The notes beneath the pieces are model-generated. The model was not told the DNA's origin. It saw nothing but the letters and a program-made list of their open reading frames with translations, and did no database searches. A program made the position numbers and the translations under genes. A DNA stretch of 37,765 nt from Intoshia linei. Its lineage: Eukaryota; Animalia; Orthonectida. Positions 1 through 14,103 of the stretch are shown piece after piece; positions within the stretch are counted from its first letter, which is position 1; the number at the start of each line of letters is the position of its first letter. Where the stretch lies: the NCBI GenBank assembly GCA_001642005.1, contig LWCA01000252.1, forward strand, positions 1 to 37,765, given 5' to 3'.

Positions 1-1433
1 TAAATTCCAATGGCGACAAAGACTTTTGCTGGCAGAATTATATTTGCCTTTCAAAAAACAAGCAAGTTCTCTTCAATTTGCAACTTCTACGTATCTAAAA
101 TTATATTAATTGTATAAATTTCAAAAAAAATAATAATATAATTCGTTACCTACTATTGAATAAACATTGTGCCCAATAATCAGAAATAAAATCACATGCG
201 GTCACCATTAAATTATCTCGCATGCCAAGTAAATACGCTTTAAAGGTGTAAATTGCTATTGCATTCCACCTAGCGTTAGAGATTGGTCCAAGAGATTTAA
301 ATTTTACAATTGGATTTTTATTAATATTAATTATTATTAAATAATATTTTATTAATTGGATTAATATTGCTTGATAAACAAATAACAAAATGTTCTACAA
401 ATTTGTTTGCATTTTTGTAATCCCTTGTTCTTTTACCATCAAAATAAAGGCATAGATCGCCATCATGTGAATCTAGAATAGGTTTAATCTGTGACTTTAT
501 TAAATTCAATTTTTTCACCTGCGCCTTGAAAATACCACTAGCCAACGGAACTTTCATTTGAACATCGATCTCAAATATTTTTTTGACTTTTCAAACTGAG
601 ACATTGGATGATAATGAAGCTTCTGCTAATTACTACATTTAAAGTTCATTGTTTTAGATGATTTTTTAGGTAGAAGATAATCTTCATCAGATAAATGATC
701 AGAATGAGATTCTATAATACTATCATAATTGAAATCAAAATTTATATTTTTTTTGCATTTTTCCGATGTCAAATTTGTTTCAGAAACGCTACTAGAACAT
801 GATCCACATTCTCCTTTTGTATTTATCTGCATTTGTAGAAACTTTTCATCTTCCTCTTGTATCGTCACTTTTTTATGTCTCAATATAAATATACTGTTCC
901 AAATTTATTTAAATTGCTGGTGATAACGAGGTATTTTAACATATAAAATGTATTTATTCATCAAAGTTCTAATTTTTAATTTTATCTAACCTAATGGAAG
1001 TGAACCGAGTGTAAATTTATTCCAGATATCATATAATTCTATTGCAGTTTTATCACAATAGTATGCTTTTGATTTTCTTGGATTTTCCAATTGTAAAAAA
1101 TGATATCTTCCTAAGATTTTCTTTAATGTAGATAATCTTGATGAACTGCTTAACGGTTCACTAATAAGTATTCTGTATGGACGTGCCAATCTCAATTTTT
1201 TTCTAGATAATATATTTTTTGGTTGTGACATGAAGTATTAGAAAAATGAAATTAATTAATAATTTAAATAATAAACTTATGTTCACGTTTCAATAATAAA
1301 AAAAAATGCATTTTAAAATTCTGCCTTAGAAAATTTTAATTAAATGAATTTTTTTTGCATATTCGTGATCAGCATATAAAAATACACCTATATCCAAATA
1401 TACTTTTTGATCTTTAAAAAAGTGCACACCCTA
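1..1433 (-). mobile_element. hAT-superfamily (hATm-like) DNA transposon, internally deleted copy 1, runs off the window's left edge
   Basis: 5' terminus TAGGGTGTGCAC on the minus strand at 1433. Fragmented transposase ORFs (986-1231, 626-883, 327-557, 146-388) carry the motifs LYFDGKR and LGPISNARWNAIAIYTFKAYLL. Nearly identical to the copy at 1712-2928 but lacks its central ~470 bp. Confidence 0.75.
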
Positions 1434-1710
1434 ATGTTCAATGAATATTGTTCATTTTTGGTATAAGGGATTTTTCAGAAAAATATTGGTAAAAGGGGTT
1501 TTTTCCTTAAGGGTTGGTAAAATTTTGATTTTTTCTAATGCGATTTTACTAAATTGAATAAACTATGCTAAAAATTTATCATTTACCCCAATTATCTAAA
1601 ATTTTCGTATTCACCCCTAATAAAAGTATTTACCTCATGAGAATCACTGCAATATTTGATTAAATTTTATTTAGAAAGGTGCCGTCTTATTAATTTTTTT
1701 AGGAAGTTAG
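842..1710. repeat. 869-bp segment duplicated at 12232-13100 (no differences seen by eye)
   Basis: Same sequence at offset 11390, and the same 81-aa ORF is reported at 986-1231 and 12376-12621. Each copy abuts an N gap (1711, 12231). Confidence 0.9.
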
Positions 1711-1711
1711 N

Positions 1712-2928
1712 ATATTAATTATTATTAAATAATATTTGATTTTTATTGTAGCTTCGTTGAGTTAAGTAGGCGTTTGTCAGATTATATAACTCCAAATAAT
1801 CATCCCTCTATTTACCTTCTATGCTTAATTTATCTTCGATAGGTATAATTCCTTTATAATTATCTATGAGTTCTTTAAAATTGTTTTAGATATAATTAAC
1901 AAAAGGAAAGTTAATATTTGGACTTTGAGAATTAAGTTTAAAAATTTCGTTAAAGGTATGTTTTATCACAAGGTCCAATACATGGAATCGGCATCCTTCG
2001 TAAACAACAACTTGATTGAGTGATTTCATTGTGAGCATTGCAGCTCCATTTTTATTACCGGTATTAGAATAGGTTATGTCGCAAACAATCATCTTTATTT
2101 TATCAGTAATATTATAAATTTCAAGAGTTTTCACAATTGCAGCGTGCATTGTTATACCCTTTCCATTGGGCAACGTTTTTAACGCTATACAGATCGATAG
2201 TCTTTCATTAATATTGCTTGATGAACAAATAACAAAACGTTCTACAAATTTGTTTGCATTTTTGTAATCCCTTGTTCTTTTACCATCAAAATAAAGGCAT
2301 AGATCGCCATCATATGAATCTAGAATATGTTTAATCTGTGACTTTATTAAATTCAATTTTTTCAGCTGCGCCTTGAAAATAACACTAGCCGACAGAACTT
2401 TCATTTGAGCACCGATCTCAAATATTTTTTTGACTTTTAGAACTGAGACTTTTTGGATGATAATGAAGCTTCTGCTAAATTACTACATTTAAAGTTCAGT
2501 GTTTTAGATCATTTTTTAGGTAGAAGATAATCTTCATCAGATGAATGATCAGAATGAGATTCTATAATACTATCATAATTTAAATCTAAATTTATATTTT
2601 TTTTGCATTTTTCCGATGTCAAATTTGTTTCAGAAAAACTACTAGAACATGATCCACATTCTCTGTTTGTATTTATCTGCATTTGTTTGTCAATTTTTTT
2701 CTAGATAATATATTTAATGGTGGTGACATGAGGTATTAGAAAAATGAAATTAGTTAATAATTTTAATAATAAACTAATGTTTACATTTCAATAATAATAA
2801 AAATGCATTTTAAAATTTTGCCTTAGAAAATTTCAATTAAATGAATTTTTTGCATATTCGTGATCAGCATATAAAAATACACCTATATGCGAATATACTT
2901 TTTGATTTTTAAAAAATTGCACACCCTA
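1712..2928 (-). mobile_element. hATm-like DNA transposon, degenerate copy 2 carrying the transposase catalytic core
   Basis: Terminus TAGGGTGTGCA at 2928. ORF 1886-2404 has LYFDGK...IVCDITYSNTGNKNGAA...GCRFHVLDLVIKH, i.e. DD residues plus the CxxH motif of hAT-type transposases. Truncated by the N at 1711. Confidence 0.75.
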
Positions 2929-3107
2929 ATAAGTAAGGATGAAGGATACATGCTACGATAAAGTTTAATGTTTGAATGTGACACCTGGGGAAAATTGTTT
3001 CTTACTCTTATGGCTTATGAATGAATGCATTAAATAATTGTGCAATAAAAAAATATAAGTACGTGGTTATAGGATCTTATTATTTTACATGTATATTTAA
3101 AATTTAG

Positions 3108-6100
3108 GAATTGTTTAATGCTACTCAAAAAAATGAAAAGGTTGTAGCTTATTACAACAAATCTTGCGATCAATTGAATCTTTTAATTTACAAAAAAGGA
3201 ACAGATTTGAAAATAAATGATTCTTTTGACATATATGAAGAAACTTGGAATCGATACTTATTTAGTAATGTAGGATTTCGGTAAATTAATTATTAGATGT
3301 AGTTGGGCGTATTAAGCGAATCGCTTTGAAAATACTTATGAAAAAAGGTGGGTCGCTTTAGGAAAGTAGTCCATTTTGATTTCAAACTATTTTTTTATAT
3401 ATAACTAAAGACAACCAACATTTGAATCGTTGAAATTGATTTTCATAGTATCCATTTAATGATTAAATTTTATTTTACATATTAATTTATTTTGTAGCTA
3501 GTGATTGTACCCTAGAAAAAGATGGGACAAATTCCCAGGGTTTTTAATGTTTTTTTTGAAATTTAATTCCTGGGATTTTTAAAATTTCGCGAAATTGATT
3601 GATTAATATCTAGTGACCATACTAATGAATATGTATACTATACATTGTATGTTACCCTAATAATGATTATGTGACTATACTCTAATGTTATTATTAGATG
3701 GTACATAAAATGTATTGCCCCTATAATTGCAGATTGGTCAAATAAACAAGAAGTTTTATATCAACATCTTTTTCAAAGGAAATCAACTATCACTAGTGAA
3801 ATTTTATCTTCAAAAAATACGCCAATTAAAAAAAAGCCTCAAAAGAATGGTTATTTTTATATTATTATTAGTATATACTATGTATACTTTTATTGTCATT
3901 ACCAGTATGTATTGTATGAATATTAATGTGTCTCCAACGACGAAACTACTATACCGATACCCTCTATTGAGTCTCGACGAAATTTTTGTCAAATGGGGGT
4001 TTATAATTCAAAATATAATTTTACCTCTTATTAAAAAAGATTCAATTGTTTAATATTAAACTGTGAAGTTCAAAGTTCGTATTTATTAAAAATAGCAAAT
4101 ATTTATTGGAAAAATCTTTAAGAGCCCCGAAACACAGCTAATTTAAGTAAAAATATAATTAAAATTTATTTGTGACCCTTTGTGAAATTTAAAAGTTAAT
4201 TTAATTTATATTCTGTGTTTGTGTACTAATTATTCTCAATTTCTTACTTTTTTTAATTTACGACAATAATTTTTTGGAACTTTTTGTATTATCACAACTT
4301 TATAAAATACTAATTATATTTTTAATTGACGTAATATTCATATCATGATACTCGTAGTAATTTTTTGATTAATCTGTGAAATTTCAACTTTATGGTCTTA
4401 TACTTGCCTTTTGACGATATTTTTTAAGTTTGCGGTCCACGAAATTGCTAAATTTTTTTTTGGTCTTCAGTCGCCATGTGTTTGGACCACCCAGGTGTAT
4501 AATTTAATCAATTTTAATGATTGATTTAAATTGCAATTAATTTAATTAGAAAGAAAAAGTTCGGCGAAATCAAACAGATCTACTAAATCCACAGATTCGG
4601 CCCAATCATTTGAAATGTTTTATCAAAAGAAGAGTGAATTAAAATGGTCCAAGGTCGAACAGCCTAAAGAAGTAGAAAACACAAAAAAAGAAACAAAAAA
4701 ATCAAAAAACATCAAGGAAACGAAATCATCCAAAGATGTAAAATCTCCAAATATAAGTGGTTATGATATGCAGCAAGAAATATTTACAAAGGCACAACCT
4801 AAAGAGGTAAACATAATACAGCTAGACTCGTCAATAATGAACACCCTAAATAATGAATTTTTTTAATAGTGAATAATTTTTTTTAAAATTGTGACTACGC
4901 CTTTGTAAAGATTATGGAAGTTCATTATTTTATTTAAATTATTTAAATTCATTATAATCAATTTAGATAAATGGTTAATAATTTTGATATTATTAATTTT
5001 CTTACCAAATTTTTGTGTTTCTTTAAAGGAAAATATTTTCTTCAATTTTTAAAAATTTTGAAGATAATTTTAGAATCAAAAATTTGATAGGGTTTTCAAC
5101 TTTTTTTACCCATTTTTTAAATATTTTTAAGATAACAAAGGACAACATTTTTACAGTTTTAAAAAAAATTTGATTTAGATTTTATTTATAATAGATAAAC
5201 CGAATTGCGAAATATATATTCTAAAAAATAGAGGGAAATATGTCTTCTAGTTATCATAATAATATCATATTAATATTAGTTTATACAAAGGATTATTGAA
5301 TATTTTAAATCATTAAGTGAACTATTTTGGGTAATTAATATGTTTTAAATACATAATTAAAAATGGTGAATCTAATAAAACTATAAAAATTTTAATTATG
5401 AAATTATCTTTAAAAAAAAAAAAGAGAGCTTTAAATTTACTCTATTCATATGTTTTTTAAAGAATTTCTGGGATATTTTTTTTACAGTACAATCTACACG
5501 TGGAGTCGCAAATACATTTTCATGACACAAAATTATTTATCATCCAGATTTTTTTTAAATCAAGTTTTAATAATTAATAAATAGACAAAATTTGAAATCC
5601 ACCATAAATAATAATCATAACGCATGTATACATTTTTTTAACTTATACACGAAATGGTTCACATTTGATAGAGTAATATTTTTTTGATTTTATACAATAA
5701 TGGTCATTCATTTAAAAGTGAATCAACTTTATATATTAGTTTAGTTGTAACTACATAAATGACAGTTATTAATATTAATATGTAAATATTCATTAATCCT
5801 TTAACTACGAGATACATTTTTAAAATTTTTTGAGGAATGTAAAAATTATAATTCATATTTGCATATTATCTTATTTTTAAGCAGATTTTTTTTCAGTGTT
5901 GTTCAGTGTAATCTTAGGTCCAAAATTTTGTGTAGTTTTTAAGGGAAAATATTTTTAACATTTTAAGGGTTTTAAAAGTCTATAAAAAATGGATGAAAAA
6001 AATATAAATTGTTGGTTTAACGATTTTTATGGTTAATATTATACTAATTTATTTAATAAGATAAAATTTACTTAATTATTCAAACATTTCTTAAAATGTT

Positions 6101-9100
6101 CATTGAATCACAGATATGTTTAATAGTGAATCTGTCAAAAATCTGATATTTAGGGTTCATTGTTGACGAATCTGACTGTATTTGCAAAATTATAGATGCA
6201 TTATATATGATGGGTATTAATGTTAAAAATTTTTTTAATTGGAGATTTTGATCGTAACAATGCAAGTTTTTTGTGTTAAGATTAACGACAGTGCTAATGA
6301 TGTTTAATTTTAATGATTTAATTTTCTGATAATCAGATTTATGATAAAACATGACTCTCGAAAAACTATAGTAGAATTTTGGTTGTTTTACATTTTAGGA
6401 CTCTTTATTTTGTAATGAAAGGGTAACACAAAGTCATTTAAATATACAGAATATGTAAAGGATTCAAAATATTTCTTAATTACTTCAATAATTACAATTA
6501 TTGTAAGAGGGTACAAATGAAGAAATTTATATGATATAATGGTAAAATTTGTTTTTGAACGTGAAGATGCAACTTTCTGAGCTTGAAATTTATGATTCTG
6601 TGAATCATTTTAAAATTTGCAATTTAGTTTTTTGGATACAATTTGGGAAACATATTACCATACGTAGGCGGCAAAGAATCAATAATAAATTGTTATGACG
6701 GAACAGAAATATGTGTGAATGTTTACAAGTACACTCAAGGGAAATGTCAAGTTTCATGTAAAGTAGAAAGACACAATTACATTTATAATTGTCATTCAAT
6801 ACCAAAAAACAAGGAAGGAGAATTTTTGGGATTTAATTTCAATCTCACCCTACCGAGTAAAATGTTCATATCAGTAAACAGGTCAAATAAAAATTCAAAT
6901 TTGAATATTGCATGCCCGAATGGATTGTGTGTTAAATTTTATTGCGTTGATCCAATTAACCCAAAAAAAATGTACATTTCTCAACAAATAAATAATAACA
7001 CGAAAAGAGAAAAAGATGTGAAATTTGAAACAAAACGTTTATTTATTAATAACGGTGATGTCATAATCATGTATAATGACGATTCAATTAAAATTTACCA
7101 TCGAAGTGGTGAAATTGATTGTTTATCTAGGAAAAATAACGTCTTAATAGAAAAAAAATTGGATTTTACAAATCAAAAAATGTCTTCAATTATTACTGAC
7201 GAAAATGAAACTTTGGCTGAATCTTCAAGAGTTTCACATGATCCACATGGTGAAACTGACGAAGGGACAAAATCAGAAAATCCGAAAATAATGGAAATCA
7301 ATTTTATTTATCAATATTATAATATTGAAACAATTCATGTGGATGGGTCAATACATTACAATTATGAATGTAACGAAGAAGACTTTAATTTCAAAGACAG
7401 AACAAAATTGAACACGAGATTATCGATGGATCCTCACACTAATCAAACCATGCTCATTCGTGAAGATGCATTCACACACGTTCGAATTAATGAACAATCA
7501 ACAGTTTCAGAGTTTAGTGATGGAACCCGCATAACAAATTTTACTGGAAAAGACCCAAATAAAGATAAGTACATGAAACATCAAAAATGCTCATTATTCA
7601 GTAATAGAAACACAGATGATTCCTTTGTGTTGATAGAATCACCCTCATTTGCCAGTATACTTTACGATATAGATAATGGCCATTCTATGGCTTATTTTTT
7701 TGATGGAACAATGATTAACTCTTATGATATAAATACTCACGAATTTTACACATTAGATTTAACTCATTTTACTTTTAATCTTTCGTACGGCTTAATCAGT
7801 GTGTTTTCAGAGAGTAACAAAATTGACCAACCAAATGTGAATCCAATTGATTCAGAAAATTATTGTTCAGATGATACAAAGAAATACATCAAAGAGAATC
7901 ACATCACAAATTTGTCCTATGTGTTTACCCTTAAAAATGATAATGATGATGTATCGAAAATACCTTTATTTGAAACGGGTGTAGATGAAAATACAAAAAC
8001 TTATACGGTGACACAAAAGGGAGAGTTATTAGTCAAAAATGTAATGAATCCACAATCTATTGATACGTCTTTGAGAAAATCAGAAAAATATAAAGACTGG
8101 ACGGATCCTCGTCTCATTGTAATAAATAATGATGGTTCAGGTGTAGAAATTCATAGTTATGCTGCAATTAAAAATTTTATTACTGAAGCTAGTAGAGATT
8201 CACAAAGTGTTGTGGTAGTTGATGAATTAAAAACAAAAAATATTAATGATATTAATGTGTTTGTTCCTTTTTATAAAAAAACTACTACGTGGAAACACCA
8301 ATATGTCATGGATTCAATTATACCTCATGGTCTGCAATCTAAGAATTTTAGAGAAATGAAAAGATTTTATTTACATGGTGAAGAGGAACCAACTGAAATG
8401 AAAGAAAATATATATTTTAGAAATTATGAACCTGACCCTTTGAATAGTGTTAGTTTAGTTAGAAGGTTTAGAAAATATCCTGTTGATAATGAAGACTATA
8501 AATACTCGTATTTTTTTTATATTATATATGTATATTTAATTATATTTCTGTATTCACATTAGTCAGTAAGATGTCATTTAAACCTGAGCCAAACGTACCG
8601 ACGTCCATTCTTTACAGTAGTGGTTACAGATTGGGAATCTGTGGCCTCCTGGGCCATGAGATTCAAATAAAATATAAAAAAAATTTTATCTAATTTTGTT
8701 AATTTTTATTGGAGAATTTTTTATATTTATTACAGAGTTGCCAGATGTTGGGAATTTATCCCTAAGCCTAGACCGCTACATTATTATTTCAAAAATTCCA
8801 TTTTTATCCTAACATTAATAAACTAAAAAATACCATTTCAAACCCTCAGGGAAATCGACTTTTACCGATATTATTTTTCAAAATGGTATCAAAAATAATC
8901 CACTTAATCAAACATTATAACCACAAAAAAAAATTTAATTTTACCAAAATTTAATGGAAAAATCCCCTTTTTCCAATATTTTATTTTGATTATATTTTAT
9001 TAATGATATTACAAATTTTATTACATCATATACATATGTATGTAGAATATACGAAGCCATAAAAAAAATGGCAGCAAATGAATTGAAGAAATGGGAAGTT

Positions 9101-10968
9101 TATCATGAAGTAGATGTATTAAACGAGAAGGAAAGCATGTTAAAGTCAAAGTTGGCATATATAAATAATATGGTTTATGAATGTTGTGGAAATGCGTTAA
9201 ATGAATCGATTGAAAGGGAAAAGCTTTGTATTGTTAAAATTGAAAATAAACCTGGCGATGTTTGTAAGATTAACGAAGATAAAAAAGACGATTTGACTTA
9301 TTTATTAGAAAAACAGTCAATTAACAATTATGAAATACAAAGTAATCCGGGTACACATTCATACATTAATAATGAAAAAACTGATTTACTAACTTTTGAT
9401 AAAGAATTAAAAGATACTAAAAGTATTCACCAATATATTGGGTAATTATATAATTCTAGATCTTCTTATGCCAACTTCACGACAAATTCGTATTTCTTCT
9501 TTGCCTGATGAAAATTGGGTACCTTCATCACTTAGCAATGACCCAAGTATAATTTTTTGTAGTAGTTATTTTATTTGATATATTTTAGCATATTATTTAA
9601 AACGAAAATCTATGGAAATGTCTAGCATACAGAAGGTGAGCGGAATTATTGAAGAATCAGAAGGTATTTATGTTTATGGATATATGCATTCTTAAATCTT
9701 GAATGAAATGGGTGTGTGTCTTATGTGATCTACGTTAAATTTAAGATTTAAATTATTTTTAAAACTACTTTACAAATATTGCATGTTTAAGTAGATTGTA
9801 CTAAATTTTTTTAGGAATTGTACTAATTTAGCCAATAGTAAATAAAAATAGTAATTTTAATTTTTTATATATTTATAATTAATTTAAAAAATTTAGTGAC
9901 AGATACAACAACAATAAATAAGCCAGTTTCGATGAAAAAAGTCAATATCAAAAGCGGTGGTGTAAAATTGCCACCAATTGAAAAAATGCAATTTAAACAT
10001 TCCAAAAGAAACGTAAAATTACCGGCATGCTTAAAAATTGGACTATGTGATGATACTAAACTGGAAAGAATAAATGTAAATTGATATATTAGTTATTATT
10101 ACTATTATTATATCATACCGTATTACATTTATTTTTTTGTAATATAATTTTAGAATTTTTCCAGTAAAAAAACGGTTAAAAACATTTCTACAATTAAATT
10201 AAAAAATGACATGATACAAGGTCGCCTACGGCTCTTCCCAAAAAGTACACACTTTGGAACTATTTGCGAAGGGTACACGTATGTTAGCAATGTTTGGTTA
10301 ATTAATACTGGAAATGATACGATAAGATTTAAAATTGTACAACCAAGCAATTTTAAAAATGATTTGCAGTCGATATCATCTCTGCAAGTCAAATATAAAC
10401 CTGGACCAGTAATTTCTTCAATACTATTATTTGAGTTTAATAATTTATATTACATATGTAACTAAATTAATAATTGATAATTATAATGTATAGAAACATA
10501 AATTAATGAGGAATTTCATGTAATTTTAAGAAATACATTTAAATTGTAATGTGGTGTAATATGGAAAACCGATAAAACTTTTATTTTAGTAATGTTAATT
10601 TTGTCTATTAGATTGCTGCTGGATTGCGTAGAGAACTAAAATTAATTTACCATGCTGTAGCAATAGGTATGGATTGCCAAGATTTAATTGAAGCAAATTT
10701 TGAAGTTGAAATTATTTCAGAAAACGAAAAATTCCTTCTTCCAGTGAAAGCCAATATTATGAGTAACACTCAATTTTTGAAAAGACAAAAGTATTTAAAA
10801 GGTATTGAAGATGATTTGACATCAATTCACAATAATAAATCAAACAATTTAAAAATTTGGTCAAAGAATACTGATGAACTGGACGGTCTATCATCTCCTA
10901 AAAAGTTGAATTATAATGAAAATTTGTTTATTAATGGAAATTGTCCAAATCGTTTATCTCTAATTTGA
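3108..10968 (+). CDS. SPAG17: Sperm-associated antigen 17 / PF6 axonemal central-pair protein, 3' part (5' exons not in window)
   Basis: Phase-consistent GT-AG exons: 3108-3280, 3698-3849, 4550-4806, 6628-8507, 9046-9422, 9460-9546, 9589-9663, 9897-10075, 10154-10408, 10612-10968. Recognised SPAG17 motifs: WNRYLFSNVGFR, FGYNLGN, DPHTNQTMLIREDAF..SEFSDGTRIT, and the C-terminal Ig/PapD-like LFPKSTHFGTICEGYTY..NTGNDTIRFKIVQP..VKYKPGP|IAAGLRRELKL. Confidence 0.88.
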
Positions 10969-11880
10969 ACCAACCCTGCAAAAAATATGTTATCATTTTT
11001 TGTAACTTATAAAATTTAAATATACAAAGTGAATCATTCGCAAATTTTTTTAATGTATTTTGTTTCTTTTTTATTGATATTATTCGTGGATTCATTCATT
11101 TTTAAAATGGTGTGCTGTTCCAAAAGGTATTTTTATTACATAAATTTAGTTAAGTTTACAACGAAACTTAATTCATTGATATGTGTGACACCCTAACCAC
11201 TCGATGAGTGAAAAGGGAGTAAGACTTGACAATAAAGGGAACTATTATTCTGTATAACTGTATATCAATTGTGATGTTTTAAACATTTTTTGTGTGGTGG
11301 GCGAAATTTTTTTATTCAAACAGGATAAAATTGAAACAAAGTTTGGAAACCGCTGGATTAAACTATGATGGAAGATTAAAAATTTTTTTTTAATCTGTAT
11401 GAGTTTACAACTTTCATATGGCCCATGTTCTTGTTTTCACTTCACAGCACTGTATCCTTCATGCATCCTATGATTTCCTTCTTGATGAATGTTAATTAAA
11501 AACTTATAAGCACACTACAATTGCCTATTATTTTAGGTACGTTTGTTTATAATAGTATAGATTTCGATGTACATTGTATGTAAATTATGTTAACCATAGG
11601 ACTAATTTTATTAGTTTGACAAAGTATTTTTATAGTAATTGTGAATAAGGACACATCTTAATGCATATATTATATGCATATAAGGCCTACATTTTTCTTT
11701 TTCGGATCCACAATTGGCTCTCCACCGCCCTGGGTATGACATTTCTCAAAGATCATCAAGTGAACATAGAATATCCGATGAACCAATCATGATATACATT
11801 CTATATTATAGAATCTATACTATGGAATATCTATAAATACTGAATACATATACTAATACAATAAACATATAAATTATGTA

Positions 11881-12230
11881 TTAGGTCGTTTCATAAGTAA
11901 TGTCGTTTTTTTAACAAAATTAAAAAGTTTATTTGATTACATTAAAAATAAAGTTATATTATAAAATATTCAACATTGCTTTCCAGTCTTTTTCCAACGT
12001 TAGCATAAAAACTCGCTTCTTTATTGAACAAAAACTTTTCTATGTCCAATTTTAACCCTTCATTTGAAGTGTATTTTTTACCATAGTAATGGTTACTCAT
12101 AGCTTTAAATAGGTAATAATCAGATGGTGCTAAGTCTGGTGAATACGGTGGATGTGGTAATACTTCAAATTTTAACTCCTTTAGAAGCTGAGAGGTTTTT
12201 TTAGAAGTGTGAGGTCTAGCATTGTCTTGT
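11881..12230 (-). mobile_element. mariner (D,D34D) transposon, 3' end
   Basis: Minus-strand translation QDNARPHTSKKTSQLLKELKFEVLPHPPYSPDLAPSDYYLFKAM shows D34D spacing and the YSPDL motif. Mariner-type TIR TTAGGTCGTTTCATAAGTAATGTCG is preceded by TA at 11879-11880. Cut by the N at 12231. Confidence 0.92.
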
Positions 12231-12231
12231 N

Positions 12232-12823
12232 CTTTTCATCTTCCTCTTGTATCGTCACTTTTTTATGTCTCAATATAAATATACTGTTCCAAATTTATTT
12301 AAATTGCTGGTGATAACGAGGTATTTTAACATATAAAATGTATTTATTCATCAAAGTTCTAATTTTTAATTTTATCTAACCTAATGGAAGTGAACCGAGT
12401 GTAAATTTATTCCAGATATCATATAATTCTATTGCAGTTTTATCACAATAGTATGCTTTTGATTTTCTTGGATTTTCCAATTGTAAAAAATGATATCTTC
12501 CTAAGATTTTCTTTAATGTAGATAATCTTGATGAACTGCTTAACGGTTCACTAATAAGTATTCTGTATGGACGTGCCAATCTCAATTTTTTTCTAGATAA
12601 TATATTTTTTGGTTGTGACATGAAGTATTAGAAAAATGAAATTAATTAATAATTTAAATAATAAACTTATGTTCACGTTTCAATAATAAAAAAAAATGCA
12701 TTTTAAAATTCTGCCTTAGAAAATTTTAATTAAATGAATTTTTTTTGCATATTCGTGATCAGCATATAAAAATACACCTATATCCAAATATACTTTTTGA
12801 TCTTTAAAAAAGTGCACACCCTA
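12232..12823 (-). mobile_element. hATm-like transposon 5' end (within the duplicate of 842-1710)
   Basis: Matches 842-1433, including the TAGGGTGTGCAC terminus at 12823. Confidence 0.75.
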
Positions 12824-13537
12824 ATGTTCAATGAATATTGTTCATTTTTGGTATAAGGGATTTTTCAGAAAAATATTGGTAAAAGGGGTTTTTTCCTTAA
12901 GGGTTGGTAAAATTTTGATTTTTTCTAATGCGATTTTACTAAATTGAATAAACTATGCTAAAAATTTATCATTTACCCCAATTATCTAAAATTTTCGTAT
13001 TCACCCCTAATAAAAGTATTTACCTCATGAGAATCACTGCAATATTTGATTAAATTTTATTTAGAAAGGTGCCGTCTTATTAATTTTTTTAGGAAGTTAG
13101 TGCGGGCTTCGAACTGTAAATGCTTTCTCACCTCTACTTGTAAAAGTACTTGTAAAAAATGAAAACTTAATCGATTGAAGTTAACAAGATTCAAATTAGA
13201 GTTGTATACAAAAAAAAATTTTAAAGTTACTAATAATTGTTAAAAATCAGTCGTTAGGTTATTTTTTTATAGGTTATTTAAATTGCCCTACTCATCAGTA
13301 ATTCATATTATCAGTTTTTTCTTGTCAGTTTCATTCTCATCAGTAATTTTAATACATTTTCGATTTAAATTCATTTTATATATATTTTTAATTTCTTTTG
13401 ATTTCACCATAGGTATTGTTATCGACAAGATTAAAATTATTTTTCAATTAAAAATGCTTTTGAGATTTGTTGTCATTTAAGTATTATCTTTGTAAATGTG
13501 ATCTTTTTTTTATAATTTGAGCTGAATATATATTATC

Positions 13538-14100
13538 CCAACTTATATAATATGCTACGTGATTTTTGTTTGTGTGTGTATGTGTGTTACACTTTATGTA
13601 AATAACTACCCGTCTTAGAATTTTATAAAGTCGACATTTCAATTACAGTTTTTTCAGTGGGTGTTCGCAAACTTAATTTCAAACTCCCAATTTCATATCT
13701 TACGGGTCAAAAACCCCAGTTGTCCCTTTTTTTGAAAATCAAACGAGTTGAAGAATTTAAAAAAATATATACGCTGATACGGACTTTAAAATCATAAACA
13801 TTACCATAAATTTAAATGCTGATGCGGATTTTAAAATCATAAACATTATCATAAATTTAAATTTAAAAAAATACACTGATGCGGATTTTAAAATCATAAA
13901 CATTATCATAAATTTAAATTTAAAAAAATTATATTTTCAAAGCCAAAACCACAAATTATCCTGCTTTTTTTAATAAAAACAGCTCTAGAATTTCAATATT
14001 CATATATTTTTTTTTTGTATTTTATTTTTAATAGTTGAGATCGAAATTTAAAAATATACATAGATTAATATAAAATTTAATTAACAAAATAAAATAATGT
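13538..14100 (+). mobile_element. Non-autonomous Helitron, 5' portion
   Basis: Starts A|TCCCAACTTATATAATATGCTACG..TTTGTTTGTGTGTG and is the reverse complement of the 5' ends of 20116-21659 and 25764-27126. Contains ~57-bp internal tandem units at 13770-13930. Confidence 0.7.
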
Positions 14101-14103
14101 TTA

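Noticed and set aside
3727-4053. 108-aa + ORF and antisense 3810-3992
   Set aside because: Out-of-frame overlap with SPAG17 exon 3698-3849, running into intron sequence.
6080-6352. 90-aa minus-strand ORF inside a SPAG17 intron
   Set aside because: No recognisable motif or splice context. Could be a TE relic, so not supportable as a gene.
6399-6503. Possible extra SPAG17 exon after an AG at ~6398
   Set aside because: In-frame stop, and 4806 joins 6628 directly in phase 0.
9442-9459. Apparent 18-nt intron using GG|GTAATT
   Set aside because: Wrong phase for the downstream frame. The donor at 9423 gives a 37-nt in-phase intron.
10150-10392. Antisense ORFs over real exons (also 6605-6805, 24126-24365, 32652-32852, 729-923)
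   Set aside because: Shadow frames of coding sequence on the opposite strand.
13770-13930. Regular ~57-bp repeats (and the ~112-bp pair at 20445-20672) as a CRISPR-like array
   Set aside because: Eukaryotic context, no unique spacers. These are internal tandem units of the Helitron.
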